DNA from: an uncultured Omnitrophica bacterium
Lineage (GTDB): Bacteria > Omnitrophota > Gorgyraeia > JACQQV01
Direction of reading: 5' to 3'
NCBI GenBank assembly: GCA_947085655.1
Contig: CAMTXH010000007.1
Location: 46,085 to 110,084 of the forward strand
Length of the DNA stretch: 64,000 nucleotides
How positions within the stretch are numbered: position 1 is the stretch's first letter; each line of letters starts with the position of its first letter. A program made the translations under genes and the position numbers. Below are positions 1-9,831 of the stretch, piece by piece. The notes beneath the pieces are model-generated. The model was not told where the DNA came from. It searched no databases and was given only the letters and a program-made list of their open reading frames with translations.

Positions 1-215
1 CTCCTTCTTCGTTTCAAGACATTCCTCGACCAAGTAGCGGAATGCGCCAGTCTCCCGGTGGCTTTTTTTGCCGTCTCCACCCGGCAGGCGCCCAATCTGA
101 CAGTGTATGCCATGAAACCGATCAGATCATGACCACATCATGGCTTGACTTTTTGAGGAATTTGTGATAGTTTGATTTAATGTAGCCTTATGAAATACAT
201 AGGGTTAGCAAAAAA

Positions 216-1517
216 ATGAATTTTCTTCCAGGAAGCCTTCCCCTCCTTTTGACCGTTGGCTTATCGGTTTGCCTGTTTACCCTCATCAGTACCAATTTTG
301 GCTTGTCGATCCTTATTTTTTCGATGCTTCTCTCACCCGAAATGGAGGCCGGAAACCTTCCCCAACGGGCGGTCACTGTCCGCGTAGAGGATATTTTGAT
401 CGGCGTCGTCTTTTTCACATGGCTTGCCAAGATGGCGATCCTGAAAGAAATCGGCCTCTTCCGCCGTTCCAATTTAAACCGTGCGCTTTTTGCGTATATC
501 GTTTTGATCATTATTCCAACCCTTTTGGCATGGCAGGCGGGGGAATTAGAGGGAAAAGGAGCCCATTTTTACCTTTTGAAGTATATCGAATATTTTATTG
601 TTTTTTTCATGTTTTTTAACAATATCACGAGCAAAAGGCAGATTCAGAAGTTTCTCATTTTTTTCTTGATTACGGGATGTTGCGTTTCCCTTTTTGCCTT
701 AAGCCGTGTCGGAAAGGTCCCTCGCCTGGGGGCTCCCTTTGAGGGAGAATTTCCGGAGCCGGGTTCTCTGGGAGGATACCTTTTGATTCAGATTGCGGTT
801 CTTCTGGGTCTATTGATGCATTCAAATTGGCCCAGGCATCGCTTGGCGCTCCACGGACTGTTGCTATTGGCCGTTTTGACGCTCGTCTTAAGCACCTCCC
901 GCGGTGCCCTGCTTGCCTTTTTGCCCCTTTATTCGGTGGCTATTTGGCTTACTCCCAAGCGGCGTCTCCAACTCGTCGTTTCCCTTCTGATTGTTTGCAT
1001 ATTGGGATACCCCTTCATCCCTCCCCGTGTATTAGCGTTTATCCGGGAAGCCTTTAGCGCCGGGGAGGGAGGAAAAGTTTACAGGGTGGGTGTCGGTGCG
1101 CTGGAAGTCGGCCCTTCGGGAGCGGCCCGGGTTGAAGCCTGGAAAAATGTCCTTCAGTTATGGCAGAAAAGACCGATCTTGGGATACGGCGTAACCGGGG
1201 TTGGCATCGTTGACAGTCAATTTGTCCGGGTCTTGGGAGAAACGGGGATGATCGGCTTTTTAGCATTTGTCTGGCTGCTTTTTTTGGTCTTTCAGGCAGG
1301 CTTCCAGGCGTACCGTTCTGAAGATTCTTTAACCAAGGGACTGGGGATGGGCCTCATCCTTGCAAATACAGGCCTCATCGTTCAGGGATTTACTGCGAAT
1401 TCCTTTATCATTGTCCGCATCATGGAGCCTTTTTGGTTTTTAGTTGCCGTGACTCTTGGTATGACGCAACTTTCGCAGGAAGAGGTCCTGAAAGAGCAAA
1501 AAGCGAAAGTGGCCTGA
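216..1517 (+). CDS. Wzy_C-family (O-antigen ligase/polymerase-like) polytopic membrane protein
   Basis: 433 aa with about 10 predicted TM helices. A large periplasmic loop carries the Wzy_C-type motif '...DSQFVRVLGETGMIGF...' (the (N/D)xY(L/F)xxLxExGxxG pattern of O-antigen ligase, Wzy and PglL families). The gene lies in a glycosyltransferase-rich locus. A possible promoter sits at about 144-180 (TTGACT ... TGTGATAGT). Confidence 0.6.
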   Translation: MNFLPGSLPLLLTVGLSVCLFTLISTNFGLSILIFSMLLSPEMEAGNLPQRAVTVRVEDILIGVVFFTWLAKMAILKEIGLFRRSNLNRALFAYIVLIIIPTLLAWQAGELEGKGAHFYLLKYIEYFIVFFMFFNNITSKRQIQKFLIFFLITGCCVSLFALSRVGKVPRLGAPFEGEFPEPGSLGGYLLIQIAVLLGLLMHSNWPRHRLALHGLLLLAVLTLVLSTSRGALLAFLPLYSVAIWLTPKRRLQLVVSLLIVCILGYPFIPPRVLAFIREAFSAGEGGKVYRVGVGALEVGPSGAARVEAWKNVLQLWQKRPILGYGVTGVGIVDSQFVRVLGETGMIGFLAFVWLLFLVFQAGFQAYRSEDSLTKGLGMGLILANTGLIVQGFTANSFIIVRIMEPFWFLVAVTLGMTQLSQEEVLKEQKAKVA

Positions 1518-1519
1518 CG

Positions 1520-2245
1520 GTGCCGGTCCTTTCTTGTCATTTATGCCGCTCTCCGGGGCCTTTTAGAACGAGGTCGCACCCATTCCTCCAATGCCCTTCC
1601 TGCGGATTGATTTTTAGGGAGCCAAGACCCACACGGGAGGATCTTGAGAAGTTTTATCGGGATTCTTGGAAACGGTTCGATGACGAAGACGCATTTCGTG
1701 AGAAATCTCTGGGTGTTGCCGGTAAATTTTTGGATCAACTTTCGAAGGTCTCAAAAAAGGGTCGCTTTTTGGATGTAGGATGCGGCGGAGGGTTTTACCT
1801 GCTCGCCGCCCATCAAAGAGGGTGGGAATCTTACGGAGTCGATCTGGTTCCCCCTTTCGATTATTCCGACAAAAAAATACAGATTTTTGAAGGAACTCTT
1901 GAGGAGGCCCACTTTCCATCAGGATTTTTTGACGCCTGTTTGATGAGCCATACCTTGAGCCATCTTTTGGAACCGAGACAAACCCTGCGGGAAGCCCATC
2001 GCATTTTAGACAGACAAGGAATCCTCTGTGTGGTGGTTCCGAAGGGATTCAGACAGTCAGAGTCCTCGCTGGTCAAGGAGTTCCATCTTTACCTATTCAA
2101 CAAAAAGACGGCGCGACAGCTCATTTCTGAATCAGGGTTTGAAATTTTTGAAGAAGGTCTTACAGAAAAAAATAGTTTGAAAAATTTTATTCGAAAATTG
2201 TTTCCTGGCTCTGCAATGATCTTTTGGGCCCGGAAGGGCGCGTGA
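1520..2245 (+). CDS. Class I SAM-dependent methyltransferase with N-terminal zinc ribbon
   Basis: Two CxxC pairs at the N-terminus (CHLC ... CPSC). SAM motif I 'FLDVGCGGGFYLLAA' and motif II 'FFDACLMSHTLSHL'. I moved the start to the GTG at about 1520, just after the upstream stop, because the track start at 1433 overlaps the previous gene. Confidence 0.6.
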   Translation: MPVLSCHLCRSPGPFRTRSHPFLQCPSCGLIFREPRPTREDLEKFYRDSWKRFDDEDAFREKSLGVAGKFLDQLSKVSKKGRFLDVGCGGGFYLLAAHQRGWESYGVDLVPPFDYSDKKIQIFEGTLEEAHFPSGFFDACLMSHTLSHLLEPRQTLREAHRILDRQGILCVVVPKGFRQSESSLVKEFHLYLFNKKTARQLISESGFEIFEEGLTEKNSLKNFIRKLFPGSAMIFWARKGA

Positions 2246-2247
2246 CG

Positions 2248-3270
2248 ATGCGTATTTTATTGATTCCTGGAAAGGGGAAATGTGCGAGGGAACTCGGACA
2301 TTTCTGTCTCGGCGCTTTCAAAAGTTTGGGAATCGATGGAAAAATTTTCTTATTTAATCCCCAGGGGTTCAAAAATATCAGAATGTTTCTCCGCCGGATC
2401 ACGGAAAGAATAATTCTCTGGGAACTTTCGCGTTTCAAGCCAGACCTTCTTTTAGTCATTCAATCCGGAGAGCTACGAATTCCTTTTCTTGAGGAGCTCA
2501 AAAAAAGGTTTAAAATCATTCTTGCCCACTGGTGGATGGACGATCCTATTCTTCTTGATCGTTCCATCACATTCTCCCCCTTTTATGATTACTTCTTTAC
2601 GGTTGACCCAGAGTCTGTCTCCGTCCATCGAAGCCACTCAGAGAAGAGGAGTCCAAGCGTCTTTGTGTTGCACCTTGGATGTGATCCTCATCTCCATCGG
2701 GAGCTCTCCCTTTCAAGGGAAGAAAAGGTCCGTTATGGAAGTGACGTCACATTTGTGGGGCCCCTCTCCTCACACCGCGCCAACTTCTTGAGAAAAATCG
2801 TTCACTTTGACCTTAAAGTATGGAGTGCCCGAGAAATTGCGGATTACGATGGTAAAGCGATCCTCAAGTCCTCTCTTCCTCGAGAAGACCCTCTCTCTCC
2901 ACGGGTAATGGGGATGGGGGCATGGGGCGAAGAAATGGTGAAGGTTTACAATGCCTCTAAGATCGTTCTTAATTTCTTTTCAAACGGAACGGTCCCGATC
3001 AATATGAGGGTCTTTGAAGTCATGGGATGCGGCGCGTTTCTTCTGACCGAACGCCGCGCCCTTCTGGAAGTGCTATTCAAGAAAAACGAGGAATTTGTCT
3101 CTTTTGAAAAAGCGGAAGAGCTCCCGTCTCTCATCGACTACTACCTCAAAAATGAGAAGGAGCGCTTAGAGATCGCCAGGCGGGGACAACAGGCGGTCTA
3201 TCGGGAACACACATACTCCCATCGCATGCAAGAACTCCTAGACTTTATCCGGGAAGGGGGAGGAACTTGA
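2248..3270 (+). CDS. CgeB-family or GT1-like glycosyltransferase (DUF3880-like)
   Basis: ATG at 2248 (MRILLIPGKG...). The C-terminal half resembles CgeB and Glyco_trans_1_2 ('NFFSNGTVPINMRVFEVMGCGAFLLTE ... EEFVSFEKAEEL ... YYLKNEKERLEIARRG'). Confidence 0.5.
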   Translation: MRILLIPGKGKCARELGHFCLGAFKSLGIDGKIFLFNPQGFKNIRMFLRRITERIILWELSRFKPDLLLVIQSGELRIPFLEELKKRFKIILAHWWMDDPILLDRSITFSPFYDYFFTVDPESVSVHRSHSEKRSPSVFVLHLGCDPHLHRELSLSREEKVRYGSDVTFVGPLSSHRANFLRKIVHFDLKVWSAREIADYDGKAILKSSLPREDPLSPRVMGMGAWGEEMVKVYNASKIVLNFFSNGTVPINMRVFEVMGCGAFLLTERRALLEVLFKKNEEFVSFEKAEELPSLIDYYLKNEKERLEIARRGQQAVYREHTYSHRMQELLDFIREGGGT

Positions 3271-3271
3271 G

Positions 3272-4156
3272 GTGAAGATCCTCTCCCTTTATCGTTTCCT
3301 CTATGGCACCTTCAAGTTTTTCTTCTCTTGGCGTCATGTCCCTGTGAAATATCGGGACCTCGTGATCGATATCGGTTCCGGAGACAATCCAAATATTCGG
3401 GCGGATATTCTTTGCGATCTTTATCCCCAAAGCAACCAGGAACGGTCCGGTAGAATGGATATTTGGATTGATCGCAGACCCTTTATCCTGTGTGACATCC
3501 ATAAACTTCCTTTCAAAGATAAAGTCTTTGATTACGTTCTTTGCACGCACGTTTTGGAGCATGTTCAGGATCCGGAAGAGGCCTCGAAGGAACTCTCGCG
3601 GATCGGAAAAGGGGGAATGGTGGAGACGCCCAGTCCATTGCTCGAGTCGCTTTATGGATGGCCGTTTCATCAATGGAGAGTGAGCCGAAAAGAGGACGGA
3701 ACGGTTCTTTTTGAAAGAAAGGCGCCTGGAGAGCAGGGGCTCCTTCCGGAGCCGGTGAAGAAAAGCAGAACGTTTGAAAGGTTGACCACAGAATTTTTTT
3801 CCGATTTTCACGTTCGATTTGAATGGAAAGAGTCTTTTTCTGTCGAAGTCAAGGGAAAGGGGCAGGATCCCGCCTATCCCATTCCTTTAGCAGCGAGGGA
3901 GATTGCGGAGAAGGTGTTGGAAAAAATCACCTTTCGGCGAAAGGTCAAGACCCTCTTGATCCATTTTATACGCCTCTGGATTACCCGTCATACCCGCGCG
4001 ACCCTTTTGGAAATTATCTGCTGTCCCTTTTGCCGGGGGGAGCTTACAAAAAAGGAGGGAGGATTTGTCTGTGATGGGTGTGCGCAGTTTTTTCCGGAAA
4101 TAGACGGGATTTTGTTTTTTCATGAAAAGATCTCCCATCTCTCCAGTTCACGATGA
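3272..4156 (+). CDS. SAM-dependent methyltransferase (Methyltransf_11-like) with C-terminal Trm112-like zinc ribbon
   Basis: GTG start right after the upstream stop. Motifs 'VIDIGSGDNP', 'FDYVLCTHVLEHVQDPEEASKEL' and a C-terminal 'CCPFCRGEL ... FVCDGCAQFFPEIDGILFF' ribbon. Confidence 0.6.
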   Translation: MKILSLYRFLYGTFKFFFSWRHVPVKYRDLVIDIGSGDNPNIRADILCDLYPQSNQERSGRMDIWIDRRPFILCDIHKLPFKDKVFDYVLCTHVLEHVQDPEEASKELSRIGKGGMVETPSPLLESLYGWPFHQWRVSRKEDGTVLFERKAPGEQGLLPEPVKKSRTFERLTTEFFSDFHVRFEWKESFSVEVKGKGQDPAYPIPLAAREIAEKVLEKITFRRKVKTLLIHFIRLWITRHTRATLLEIICCPFCRGELTKKEGGFVCDGCAQFFPEIDGILFFHEKISHLSSSR

Positions 4157-5670
4157 ACCCCGCCCCTGAAAAAAATTCCAAGGAGCGCTTAATCAAAACC
4201 GTCGGCATGAATATCGCTTATGGCTATCTCACCATGGCCTGGAGTATCGCACTCGGTTTTTGGGCGACTCCCCTCGTCCTCCGTTTTCTTGGAAATGAAC
4301 AGTACGGCCTATGGGGAATCATTCTTTCCCTTTTTGGTACTGTGACTTTCCTTGACATAGGTCTTGGCTCTGCGCTGGTTCTTTTTGTGGCAGACAGGCG
4401 TGTCCGTGAGAATGCAGCGGAAGTCCATGCGACCATCAACTCTGCGCTTACACTCTATCTCTTTTTCGGTCTTTTGGGAGGGCTCTTTTTGATATTCGGA
4501 GGGAGAGGGTTCCTCACGCCCCTTTTAAAAATAAGCCCGGAATTTCAACGCCTGGTGCATTCTCTTTTTTCACTCTATGGCCTTCTTTTTATCATTCAGA
4601 TGCCGGTCAAGGTGTATGAGGATGTCCTGATCGGGCTTCAGCGGTTGGATCTTACCAATAAGACGGGACTCGCCATCCGGACCCTGGAGAGACTTTTGGT
4701 CATTTTGCTGCTTATGAAGGGGGTTCCTTTTTTAAACGTGGCAGCGATCAGTGGGGCCATCGGCGTTTGCCTTTATATCACTGAATTTTTTTTCGTCCGG
4801 CGCCTACTCCCCGGTTACCGAGTGAACTTCAAATTAAGGCGCCGGGATCTCATCGCTTTTTTGACGACCGGTATTCAACAGTTTATCGCGGGATTCGGAA
4901 GCATCTTAGTCGGCGTCATCGACCGTTTTCTTCTCGGGACGCTTCTTCATGTCCGTTTTGTTACTTTTTATGAGCTTGCTTCACGACCGGCGCAACTTAT
5001 TTACCAGGTAAGCCTCAGGTTTTTTCTGCCGATTTATCCCGCATCCACTGAACTCCATGCGCACGAAAAGAACAGAGAATTGCACGCCCTTTTTAAAAAG
5101 GGGACGAAACTTGTGGTCGTGCTTTCGATTGTACTGACCTGGGTTCTCTTTTTTTGGGCGCCCGCCCTCATCGCGTTTTGGGTTGGGCCCGGTTACGATC
5201 TTTCAGCGAGCATGCTGAGAATTCTTTCGATCAACTACTTTTTGTTGAGTTTGAATCTGGTCCCGGCAGCCGTTATGTATGGGCTCAACAAGGCGTGGGT
5301 TCTTTCGTGGGAAGGCCTCATCAGAATTGTTCTGAATGCGGTGTTCAGTTTTTTGTTCATCACCCGATTCGGAGCAGTGGGCGCTTCTTATGGTCTGACC
5401 CTTGCAAGTCTCATGACGACCCTGGTTTTTTTTGTATGGATGGCCAGAGAAGTCGGGGTGGGGGTCCAGGAGCTTTTTCTCGAGGTTTTACTTTTTCCGA
5501 TCGCCATGGGACTCCTCGGGGTTCTTTTTTTGCAAGGACCTATTCCGCTTGCGGAACCCTGGCGGTTTGCACTATTCCTGGCCCTTTTTTGTTTCACCGC
5601 ATTTTTTTTCTATCTCGGAAAGCAGGAAGCGACGATGCTCGTCAAAACCCTCTTTGGAAGGAATACTTAA
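4153..5670 (+). CDS. Wzx-like polysaccharide flippase (MOP superfamily)
   Basis: 505 aa with about 12-14 TM helices and no soluble domain. ATGA overlap with the upstream gene. Sits between methyltransferase and GT genes. Confidence 0.6.
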   Translation: MNPAPEKNSKERLIKTVGMNIAYGYLTMAWSIALGFWATPLVLRFLGNEQYGLWGIILSLFGTVTFLDIGLGSALVLFVADRRVRENAAEVHATINSALTLYLFFGLLGGLFLIFGGRGFLTPLLKISPEFQRLVHSLFSLYGLLFIIQMPVKVYEDVLIGLQRLDLTNKTGLAIRTLERLLVILLLMKGVPFLNVAAISGAIGVCLYITEFFFVRRLLPGYRVNFKLRRRDLIAFLTTGIQQFIAGFGSILVGVIDRFLLGTLLHVRFVTFYELASRPAQLIYQVSLRFFLPIYPASTELHAHEKNRELHALFKKGTKLVVVLSIVLTWVLFFWAPALIAFWVGPGYDLSASMLRILSINYFLLSLNLVPAAVMYGLNKAWVLSWEGLIRIVLNAVFSFLFITRFGAVGASYGLTLASLMTTLVFFVWMAREVGVGVQELFLEVLLFPIAMGLLGVLFLQGPIPLAEPWRFALFLALFCFTAFFFYLGKQEATMLVKTLFGRNT

Positions 5671-6618
5671 ATGGCATTTCCGGGCGTGAGCGTTATCATC
5701 ACCACCTGGAACGGAAAAGCGCTCCTTGAAAAGAACCTGCCGTCCCTTTTCAAGGCTCTCGGCGCTTATGCGGGGCTTTCCGAAGTCGTTGTCGTGGATG
5801 ACGCCGGAGATGACGATACGGAAATTTTTTTGAAAAGCCGCTATTCGCAGGTTCGCTACCTTCGTCTTCCAGTCAATATCGGGAACGGGCAGGCCATGAA
5901 TGAAGGGGCGAAAATAAGCCGTTATGAGATTATTTATTTTTTGGATAACGATGTCACGGTCACAGAGGATTTTTTGGAAGATCTTATTCCCCACTTCGAA
6001 GATCCTTTGCTCTTTGCAGTGGGGAGCCGTTCTATTTCATCCGCCTCCGATCCGGGGCCATTCCAGGTCCCGAGGGTCCGTTTTCGACTCGGAATTTTTT
6101 GGTATTATTACGAAGCGCTTTCTCCTCTGGAGGATAAACCGGTTATGACACTTTTTGCCTCCGCGGGCCATGCGGCATTTCGAAGGGATTTGTTTGAGGC
6201 ACTCGGAGGGTTTGATAAACTCTACGGACGTTTTTATCTGGAGGATCTTGATCTGGGATATCGAGCGTGGAGGAGAGGCTGGAAATCGCTCATCGAGCCA
6301 AGGAGCCGGGTCATCCATGAGGCCGCCGGAACCATTCGAAAAATTCTTTCCGAAAAGGAGATTCAAAGAAGGCAATGGCGAAACCGTTTTCTGTTTACCT
6401 GGAAGAATATTCATAGCCCCTCTCTGACAGTGCAGCATCTTTTGCTTACCCCATTGGCAGTCTTTCTGCTTCCTCTGGCGGGGAAAGCGGTTTTTACCCT
6501 CGGTTTTTTGGATGCTCTCCCTTCACTCCCGAAAGCGTTAAGGAAAAGGAGGATAGCAAGACAGGAATCTCTTTTAACCGACCTGGACGTTTTGGCGAAA
6601 ATCGGACCGTTGGAATAA
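5671..6618 (+). CDS. Glycosyltransferase family 2
   Basis: N-terminal 'VSVIITTWNGKALLEKNLPSL ... VVVVDDAGDDDT' with DxD 'LDNDV'. Typical GT-A fold GT2. Confidence 0.7.
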   Translation: MAFPGVSVIITTWNGKALLEKNLPSLFKALGAYAGLSEVVVVDDAGDDDTEIFLKSRYSQVRYLRLPVNIGNGQAMNEGAKISRYEIIYFLDNDVTVTEDFLEDLIPHFEDPLLFAVGSRSISSASDPGPFQVPRVRFRLGIFWYYYEALSPLEDKPVMTLFASAGHAAFRRDLFEALGGFDKLYGRFYLEDLDLGYRAWRRGWKSLIEPRSRVIHEAAGTIRKILSEKEIQRRQWRNRFLFTWKNIHSPSLTVQHLLLTPLAVFLLPLAGKAVFTLGFLDALPSLPKALRKRRIARQESLLTDLDVLAKIGPLE

Positions 6619-6624
6619 ACAGGC

Positions 6625-7737
6625 ATGCCCAAAAATATTCTTTATTTCCATGACCGGGAGTGGATTGCTGGGGCGGAGCAGAGTCTTTTTCAATTCGTCA
6701 GCCGGTTGGACAAGTCTAAATTTCTTCCCTTTTTCGTTCTTGCAAAAGAAGGGGAGTTTTCAAGAATACTCGAGAAGGAGAGGATCCCGGTAAGAATTGT
6801 CCCTTTCCATCCGTTCAGGAGTTTTCGCTGGGACGGCATTCTCAAAACTTTTCTGGACTTGAGAAAGGTAGTCCGGGAGACATACCCCCATTTGCTACAT
6901 AGCAATACACCGAGAACGAATCTCTATGCCGGGGTTCTCGGCCGCCTTCACAAGACCCCTGTGGTTTGGCATGCCCGGAACCTTCTATACGGAAACATGA
7001 TGGATACCGACCGGCTTTTCTTATTTTTGGCCAAGAAAATCGTTTGTAATTCCGATGCAATCCGGAACCGTTTCAAGCAAAGCGAAAAAGCGGTGACGAT
7101 CCATTCCGGCGTGGACTGTGACAAATTTAAACCCGATGACACAAAAGGAAGGACATTTCGGGGAAGGTTTCAACTGGGGGAGGCGAGCCTCGTCGGTCTG
7201 ATAGCCAGGGTTGGACTGGGAAAGGGGCATGAAATTTTCCTTGGCGCCGCCGCAAAAGCACATGAGGCGTTTCCCAAGACCCGTTTTCTTATCGTCGGTC
7301 GTGCTGAGAACAAGGAAGACGAGGAGCGGGAAAAAAAACTGAGGGAACTTTCTGTCCGTCTCGGAATCAGTGACGTTGTTTCGTTCCTCGGTTATCAGGA
7401 GGATATGCCGTCGGTCATGTCGGCCTTGGATTTGGTTGTGGTGGCCACAGAGGCGGAGCCGTTCGGACGCGTCATTCTCGAGGCGATGGCAGCAGGAAAA
7501 CCGGTCATCGGAACCGCAAGCGGAGGAACCCCTGAGCTGATTCAGGATGGTGAAAACGGGCTTTTGGTTCCTCCGAGGGATGAGCGTGCAATAGCAAAGG
7601 CGATCCTCGCCCTTTTACGCAACCCTCTCAAAGCGAAAGAAATGGGGGAGCGCGGAAGAAAAAGAATCCTTTCTGATTTCACCATTGATCGGCATGTCAA
7701 AAAAATCGAGGGTCTTTATCAGGAACTGATTGGATGA
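6625..7737 (+). CDS. Glycosyltransferase family 4 (GT-B, RfaG/WbuB-like)
   Basis: C-terminal 'EPFGRVILEAMAAGKPVIGTASGGTPELIQDGENGLLVPP' (E-x7-E signature). Confidence 0.75.
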   Translation: MPKNILYFHDREWIAGAEQSLFQFVSRLDKSKFLPFFVLAKEGEFSRILEKERIPVRIVPFHPFRSFRWDGILKTFLDLRKVVRETYPHLLHSNTPRTNLYAGVLGRLHKTPVVWHARNLLYGNMMDTDRLFLFLAKKIVCNSDAIRNRFKQSEKAVTIHSGVDCDKFKPDDTKGRTFRGRFQLGEASLVGLIARVGLGKGHEIFLGAAAKAHEAFPKTRFLIVGRAENKEDEEREKKLRELSVRLGISDVVSFLGYQEDMPSVMSALDLVVVATEAEPFGRVILEAMAAGKPVIGTASGGTPELIQDGENGLLVPPRDERAIAKAILALLRNPLKAKEMGERGRKRILSDFTIDRHVKKIEGLYQELIG

Positions 7738-8696
7738 ACCCTATTCTTACCGTTTCAATTGTGACCTGGAATGCAAAGGAGGAAGTCGAACGGTGTCTTT
7801 TTTCCCTTGAGGCATTTCCGGCCAAGCAGCCGATGGAAATTATCGTGGTCGATAATGCCTCAACAGACGGAACGAAGGGACTGATTCAAAGCCGGTTTCC
7901 GTCGGTTATTTTGATTCAAAATGACGTAAACCGGGGTTACGGTGCTGCGCATAATCAGGCCTTTCAAAGAAGCAAGGGGCGTTACTTTTTGGCTTTGAAT
8001 AACGATATCGTGGCGACGGAGGGAGCCCTGGAGGGGATGATTGACTACATGGAGAAGCATCCCGAAGTCGGTTTGTTGGGGGGATCCCTCCGGAATCCGG
8101 ATGGGTCCTTTCAACCCTCGGCAAACCGGCGCTTTCCAAACCTGTCGGATTTATTTTTGGATGAAGTTTTATTTTTCTCCAAAATCCGCTACGCGCTTTA
8201 CCGAAAACGGTGGGCGGCAAGGTGGCTTGAGGGGAGAGGGTCGGGAAATGATGGGAAAGAGGTTTCGTGGGTAGGGGGGGCTTGCATGCTCATCCGACAA
8301 AATGCCGCCCAAACAGTCGGGTTGTTTGATGAACGGTTTTTCTTTTACCGTGAGGATTGTGATCTTTGCCTCCGTCTGAAAAAAGCGGGCTGGAAGGTCG
8401 CCTACAGACCGGACGCTGTTTTTGTCCACGGCTGGGGGGCATCAAGCCGGAAAAATTCAGAAACCGTCTCGATGGAATCCAGAAAAAGTCTCCTTTATTA
8501 CTACGCGAAGCATTACGGACCGTCCGGCTTCCGGATGGCAAAGGGAACATTGCTGGGTGGACTCCTTCTTCGGTGCGCGCTTCTTTTCATCAGCGGCCTT
8601 TTTGACAGCCGAAGCACAGAGCGCCTCCGTCATTTCCGGAAAATGCTCGCTCTTTTTGGAAACATGGAGAATCCTTTCAGAGGGAATCATGCTTGA
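7734..8696 (+). CDS. Glycosyltransferase family 2
   Basis: 'LTVSIVTWNAKEEVERCL ... IIVVDNASTDGT ... ALNNDIV'. ATGA overlap with the upstream gene. Confidence 0.7.
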   Translation: MNPILTVSIVTWNAKEEVERCLFSLEAFPAKQPMEIIVVDNASTDGTKGLIQSRFPSVILIQNDVNRGYGAAHNQAFQRSKGRYFLALNNDIVATEGALEGMIDYMEKHPEVGLLGGSLRNPDGSFQPSANRRFPNLSDLFLDEVLFFSKIRYALYRKRWAARWLEGRGSGNDGKEVSWVGGACMLIRQNAAQTVGLFDERFFFYREDCDLCLRLKKAGWKVAYRPDAVFVHGWGASSRKNSETVSMESRKSLLYYYAKHYGPSGFRMAKGTLLGGLLLRCALLFISGLFDSRSTERLRHFRKMLALFGNMENPFRGNHA

Positions 8697-9831
8697 GAAG
8701 CCGGTTCGTATCGGGATCGACGGAAGAGAGTTTGCGAGTCAGAGGACAGGAATTTCCCGACTTCTGGAAGGAGCGCTTGTCGAGATCAGCCGCAGCCGTC
8801 CGGATTGGGAGATGGTGTTTTTCGGTAACTCCTCTACTGTATTTCCTGAACCCATCGCGAAGATGAAACGGATATGCATCCCGGGAAAGTGGACTCTCTG
8901 GTGGGACCAGGTCAGTCTTGTTCAAAAGTTGAGGCACGAAAAGATCAACCTTTTTTTGTCTCCTTATTATAAAATCCCTCTCCTGGCTCCGTGTCCTGTG
9001 GTTTCCATCGTCCACGATATGATTATCCTGACGAGTGCCCGCTACCGCTCTGCTCAATATCTTCTGAAAAGGGGAGTCTATTTTTTTCTGGGAGTTTTAT
9101 ATGCCCATTGCGCCGACCGGGTCTTGACCGATTCAATTTACAGTCAGCGCTGCATTCAGAAATATTGGGGAATTCAACCTTCCAAGATCGAAGTCATTTA
9201 TCCGGGACTGTCATTGCCGCCGGAAAACGATGATCTCTTCGAATCACTTCAACAAACACACAACTTCCGCCCCCCCTATCTTTTATACGTCGGAAACTTC
9301 AAACCCCACAAATGCGTCGATTCCCTTATTCAGGCCTACTTACTCCTTTCTCAACCGTTGAAGAATCAATTCACGCTCCTTTTAGTCGGAGCGATGAGCC
9401 GGGAGGGAAGTCGCCTGGCCGAAAGTGTCAAACAGAAAGGGCTCTCCGGTCGAATTGTTTTCACAGGGCACCTCCCGGATGAGGCGCTGGCAACGATTTA
9501 TCATCATGCGACTCTTTTTGTCTTTCCTTCGTCCGATGAGGGGTTCGGTCTTCCCCCACTTGAAGCGATGGCTCACGGGGTTCCGGTGATCGCTTCATCT
9601 GCAGGCGCCATACCGGAAGTGGTGGGGGAGGGAGCTTCTCTCGTCCCCCCCGAAAATCCAAAGGCCCTTTCCGTTGAGATGGAGCGGTTGCTGAGCGACA
9701 AAGACCTCCGGAAAAAAATGGCTCAAAGAGGGAAGGAACGATCTCTTGCATTTTCAGTCGCCTCTCAAGCGCAAAAAATGATTTTTGTCATGGAGAATCT
9801 TTTGAAGAAGGACGGTCATGTCGCTTCTTAA
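8689..9831 (+). CDS. Glycosyltransferase family 4
   Basis: I moved the start to the internal ATG at 8689 (MLEKPVRIGIDGREF...), giving an 8-nt overlap. C-terminal 'DEGFGLPPLEAMAHGVPVIASSAGAIPEVVGEGASLVPPENP'. Confidence 0.7.
   Translation: MLEKPVRIGIDGREFASQRTGISRLLEGALVEISRSRPDWEMVFFGNSSTVFPEPIAKMKRICIPGKWTLWWDQVSLVQKLRHEKINLFLSPYYKIPLLAPCPVVSIVHDMIILTSARYRSAQYLLKRGVYFFLGVLYAHCADRVLTDSIYSQRCIQKYWGIQPSKIEVIYPGLSLPPENDDLFESLQQTHNFRPPYLLYVGNFKPHKCVDSLIQAYLLLSQPLKNQFTLLLVGAMSREGSRLAESVKQKGLSGRIVFTGHLPDEALATIYHHATLFVFPSSDEGFGLPPLEAMAHGVPVIASSAGAIPEVVGEGASLVPPENPKALSVEMERLLSDKDLRKKMAQRGKERSLAFSVASQAQKMIFVMENLLKKDGHVAS

Noticed and set aside
1-215. Possible 3' end of an upstream + strand gene (frame ending at a TGA near 130), and a sigma70-like promoter around 144-180.
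   Set aside because: The fragment is too short to assign a product. The promoter has only a weak -10. The promoter is mentioned in the first feature's evidence only.
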